A DNA stretch of 64,000 nucleotides from assembly GCA_964016885.1 (NCBI GenBank), contig OZ024760.1:2666001-2730000 (forward strand), read 5' to 3'. Both the position numbers and the translations under genes were made by a program. Within the stretch, counting starts at the first letter, position 1. Each line of letters opens with the position of its first letter. The notes under the pieces are model-generated. The model was not told the origin of the DNA, did not search any database, and saw only the letters and a list, made by a program, of their open reading frames with translations. The DNA comes from Eledone cirrhosa (lineage: Eukaryota). This document shows, piece by piece, positions 55,284 to 64,000 of this stretch.

Positions 55284-55620
55284 GCCAATGCTCTAACCAC
55301 TAATGGCCTTGCAATCGAAAGGTTGTGAGTTCAATTCTCAGACCGGGTGATGTGTTGTTTCCTTGAGCAAGTCACTTTATTTCACATTGCTCCTGTTTCC
55401 TCAGCTGTAGAAATGAGATGATAGGGGCTGGGGTCCCTATCATTCCACTGCAAAGTGGTCGTGGAGGTGTCACGGCAAAAAAGCACCCAGCACTCACTGT
55501 AAATGAGGTTGGTGTTAGGAAGGGCATCCAGCTGTAGAAATCAAGCCAGAACCAGTTCCTGTCCCACCCTTGCAAGCAGGGAAAAGCGGACGTAAAATGA
55601 TGATGATGATGATGATGATG
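55283..55620 (+). mobile_element. group B SINE with inverted 5' end
   Basis: 55283-55303 is the reverse complement of the SINE head; the rest is in the normal orientation. Confidence 0.88.
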
Positions 55621-55739
55621 ATATAATTTATTTGAAATAACTACACACACACACACACACTTGCATATATTACTCTTATACATACATCATCACCACCACT
55701 GTTAAATGATGATGTTGATGTATACATAAAAGTATACAT

Positions 55740-56700
55740 ATATGTATGAGCAAGTGTGTGTGAGGTTATGTGTATGCATATGTAAATAAGTGTGAGTGTA
55801 TGCATAAGAGTATATGTGTGATGTGTATGGGCGAGTGTGTGTGTGTATGAGCAAGTGTGTGTGAGGTTATTACAAATAAATTGTATATACGAAGCGTGTG
55901 TATGTATGTGTATGCATATGTAAATAAGTGTGAGTGTATGCATAAGAGTATATGTGTGATGTGTATGGGCGAGTGTGTGTATGTGTATGAGCAAGTGTGT
56001 GTGAGGTTATTACAAATAAATTATATATACGAAGTGTGTGTATGTATGTGTATGTATGTGTATGCATATGTAAATAAGTGTGAGTGTATGCATAAGAGTA
56101 TATGTGTGGTGTGTGTATGTGTATGAGCAAGTGTGTGTGAGGTTATTACAAATAAATTATATATACGAAGTGTGTGTATGTATGTGTATGCATATGTAAA
56201 TAAGTGTGAGTGTATGCATAAGAGTATATGTGTGGTGTGTGTGGGCAACTGTGTGTGTATGTGTATGAGAGAGAGAGAGAGAGGTTATTACAAATGAATT
56301 ATATATATATGTATATATTCTGAGTGTGTGTATGTATATATAAATAAGTGTATGCATAAGTGTATATGTGTAATGTGTGTGGGCAAGTGTGTGTGTGTAT
56401 ATGTGTATGAGAGAGAGGTTATTACAAATGAATTATATATATATGTATATATTCTGAGTGTGTGTATGTATATATAAATAAGTGTATGCATATGTGTATA
56501 TGTGTAATGTGTATGGGCAAGTGTGTGTGTGAGGTTATTACAAATAAATTATATATATGTATATATTCCGAGTGTGTGTGTGTGTGTATGCATATATAAA
56601 TATGTATAAGTGTATGCATAAGAGTATATGTGATGTGTATAGGCTTGTATGTGTGAGATTATTTCAAATAAATTATATATGCGTGTATGTTTTGAGTGTG
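55740..56700. repeat. degenerate tandem repeat of about 130 bp built from TG/TA microsatellite
   Basis: GAGGTTATTACAAAT(A/G)AATT recurs about 7 times. Confidence 0.8.
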
Positions 56701-56839
56701 TGTGTGTATGCAAGTGTGGGTGTGTGTGTGTATGGATGTGTGTCTGCATATGTGTGTGTGAAACTTCCTTTCTTTGATATTCTGATTGTGTCATCTATAT
56801 CAGAAGATTTATGTACACAGGTGCTCATTGAGATCAACA

Positions 56840-56931
56840 TGTATGTGTGTATGTATATATATGTGTGTGTATGTATATATATATATATATATGTGTGTGT
56901 ATGTGTATATGTATATATATGTGTGTGTATG

Positions 56932-56962
<31 letters not shown>

Positions 56963-57069
56963 ATGTGTATATATATATATGTGCGAGTGTGTATGTGTGT
57001 GTGTATATATATATATACACGCATATATATACATATATATACACGCATATATATGTGTATATATATGTG

Positions 57070-57114
<45 letters not shown>

Positions 57115-57417
57115 GTGTATGTATGTATATATGTGTATGTATATATATATGTGTATGTATATATATATATGTGTATGTATATATATATATATGTGTATAT
57201 ATGTATATGTGTGTGTGTATATATATATATATGTGTATATATGTGTATGTGTGTGTATATATATGTGTATATATATATGTGTATATATATATATGTGTAT
57301 ATATATATGTATATGTATATGTATATATATGTGTGTGTATATATATATATGTATATATATGTGTGTATGTATGTGTATGTGTGTATATATATATATATAT
57401 ATGTGTATATATGTATA

Positions 57418-57458
<41 letters not shown>

Positions 57459-58397
57459 ATATATATATATATGTATATGTGTATGCATGTGTATATGTGT
57501 ATATATGTATATGTGTATACATATATATATGTGTATATATGTATATGTGTATATATGTATATGTGTATATATATATATGTGAATATATGTATGTGTATAT
57601 GTATATGTGTATATGTGTATATATGTATATGTGTATATATATATATGTGAATATATGTATATGTGTATATGTATATGTGTATATATATATATGTGAATAT
57701 ATGTATATGTGTATATATATATGTGTGTATATATATATGTGTATACATATATATATGTGTATACATATATATATGTGTATATATATATGTGTATATATAT
57801 ATGTGTGTATATATGTGTATATATATATGTATATATATATATGTATATGTGTATATATATATATGTATATGTATGTGTATATATATATATGTATATGTAT
57901 GTGTATATATATATGTATATGTATATGTGTATATATATATATGTGTATATATATATATGTATATGTATATGTGTATATATGTATATGTATATGTGTATAT
58001 ATGTATATGTATATGTGTATATATATATGTGTATATATATATGTGTATATATATATGCATATATATATATGTGTATATATATATGTATATATGTATATGT
58101 ATATATATGTGTATGTATATGTATATATGTATATGTATATATATGTGTATGTATATATATGTGTATGTATATATATATGTGTATGTATATATATGTGTAT
58201 GTATATATATATGTGTATGTATATATATATGTATATATATGTGTATATATAATGTGTATGTATATATATATATATATATATGTGTATATGTATATATATA
58301 TATGTATGTATGTATATATATGTATGTATATGTATGTATGTATATATGTGTATGTATATGTATATGTATGTATGTATATATATGTATATATGTATAT
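56840..58397. repeat. 1.5-kb (TA/TG)n compound microsatellite
   Basis: Directly visible. Confidence 0.97.
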
Positions 58398-59005
58398 GTC
58401 AGGTCACCAGTTGGTGCTACTGGTAACATGTATTCCAGTACAACCTGTCCCATGGTCGGGTCGTTGGCGACTAAACTGGCAACCCCACCAAGGTTTCTTG
58501 GTGAGGAGGGTGACTTTGGACATCCTGCAGGACTAAAAACAAAACCTGTCAAAAGGCAAAGGAGCTCTTAAGAGTCAATGGCCATCCAAAATCACCGGGA
58601 GAGATGACCCCTTAGCCTTTGTCAAGGCAGAATTCTAGGAGAAGGAAAACTCTGATATAACACCTGCAACCCTGATGGTATCCAATGATGTTGACTTGTT
58701 CTTCTTTTTGGTAAATATCATCTTGGTTAAGAGAGTGGGACTGGCTTTGTGCAGTGCCTTTGCTCACTATAAAAGCTTCACGGCACAGGCATTGCTTTAT
58801 ATCTGGAGATCTCTCTGCATTTGTCGTCACATGGTACCATGGGCCCAGCACTATGTGTCAATAATTGTCACAAGTGTAGTGTTTGTACCAGAGCTTTCAA
58901 GTCGCTGGCTGGACTAAAAAGTCACACTCGTTCAGCGCATCAGTAGGGGTTCTCCTACATGGATATAAAGTAGTGGCCGTACTCGAAAACGAGTTGGCAG
59001 CCACC
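58398..59005 (+). mobile_element. probable RTE 5'UTR-derived fragment
   Basis: GC-richer island between microsatellites with CTAGGAGAAGGAAAACTCTGA, a motif recalled from RTE 5' regions; no ORF. Confidence 0.45.
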
Positions 59006-59086
59006 ATATATATATATATATATGTGTGTATGTATATATATATATATATGTGTGTGTGTGTATGTGTATATATATATATATGTGCG

Positions 59087-59173
<87 letters not shown>

Positions 59174-59177
<4 letters not shown>

Positions 59178-59301
59178 TTCTAGTCCTGTAGAAGTCATTT
59201 CTATATTAAATCCTATATATATATATATATAAATTGAAACAAAATGAAAACGAAATTTCATTTCTCACTCTTAGTATGGCACTTACTTATACATGCATAC
59301 T

Positions 59302-59335
<34 letters not shown>

Positions 59336-59540
59336 ATTTAATATAGAAATGACTTCTACAGGACTAGAACTGTTTCATTCAAAGGAAATCATCAGGAAAG
59401 CTTTCTGATGACTTCCTTCAAGTGAAACAGTTCTAGTCCTGTAGAAGCCATTTCTATATTAAATCCTATATATACTCTGCTATGTATTGAGTACCTTACT
59501 TACTGTGGTTACCCCCGATTGAACCTGGGATACACATATC
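59174..59540 (+). mobile_element. Penelope-like terminal remnant: palindrome plus a third arm copy
   Basis: Arms about 59331-59396 and 59402-59470; extra copy at 59174-59216; GTATTGAGTAC at 59484-59494. Confidence 0.7.
59400..59448 (+). ncRNA. type I hammerhead ribozyme
   Basis: GCTTT-CTGATGA-CTT..AAGT-GAAA-CAG-TTCTAGTC-CTG-TA-GAAGC; GUA site. Confidence 0.65.
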
Positions 59541-59548
59541 TATATATA

Positions 59549-63263
<3,715 letters not shown>

Positions 63264-63369
63264 TCTGTGTGAGTGTGTGTCTCTGTGTGATTGCATTTGT
63301 GTGTAAGTGTGTGTTTTTGAAATGTAGCCGTTCCGGCGCAAATGACCATAATAATAGTCAATCGCTATA

Positions 63370-63840
63370 AATAATTGTTTCTACTTTAGGCACAAGGCCA
63401 GCAATTACCCTAGTACATTACTGGTACTTTATTTTATCGACCCCTAAGGATGAAAGTCAAAGTTAACCTCAGCAGGATTTGAACTCAGAACGTAAAGGGC
63501 CATAACTCAATGGTGCAAAGCATGGTGTTCGATCCTCTACCGATTACTGCCAATCCACCGCTCTAGGCACAAGGTCATCAATTTCAAGGGAAGGAGAAAA
63601 TTGATTAAATCGACCCCAGTACGTTACTGGTACTTTATTTTATCCACCCTGTAAGGATGAAATGCAAAGCTAACCTCAGAGGGATTTGACCTCACAATGT
63701 AAAGGGACGTAACTCTATGTCACAAAAGGTCCAACGCTATACCGATTCTGGTAATCTACCACCCTATAAATGGTTTCATATATAGGCACAAGGCCAGCAA
63801 TTAAATCGATCCTCCACTGCATGACTGGTACTTTATTTTA
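63370..63840 (-). mobile_element. cluster of group A SINE copies
   Basis: Copies at about 63370-63560, 63565-63765 and a tail piece at 63783-63840. Confidence 0.85.
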
Positions 63841-63858
63841 TGTGTGTGTGTATATATA

Positions 63859-63908
<50 letters not shown>

Positions 63909-64000
63909 GTGTGTATATATATATATATTAGTCGAACACTGGTGAGTTATATACGTAGTAGTAGAGCACTCAGTCCATGAGACGAGTTTGGTAGAATTAG

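Noticed and set aside
56557-58571. YI/VC-rich ORFs here and at other TA tracts
   Set aside because: Dinucleotide microsatellite translations.

Overview
Eukaryotic, AT-rich window made almost entirely of repeats. The SINE families, RTE LINEs and microsatellite density suggest a coleoid cephalopod (Octopus-like); this is inference from repeat content, not checked. No host protein-coding gene can be supported. The only intact gene is a 1022-aa RTE-clade LINE ORF (60128-63196) with an AP endonuclease, a reverse transcriptase and a C4HC3 PHD-like finger inserted inside the RT. The rest is large tandem arrays (39, 32, 32 and 48 bp units, GGT- and GA-derived arrays), microsatellites, two tRNA-derived SINE groups, RTE-derived non-autonomous elements, piggyBac-type and pogo-type MITEs, and fragments of CRE, RTE and Penelope-like elements. 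Main non-obvious signals: (1) about ten minimal type-I hammerhead ribozyme folds in short, mutually divergent Penelope-like remnants next to (TA)n, several forming fold-back palindromes and sharing a downstream T(T/A)GAG(T/C)AC motif; (2) SINEs sharing an exact 43-nt 3' tail and a 5'UTR motif with the intact LINE; (3) three separate 48-bp minisatellites that appear to derive from the same SINE segment. These mostly match known element classes rather than a wholly new system. Coordinates were read by eye, so boundaries may be off by a few bases.
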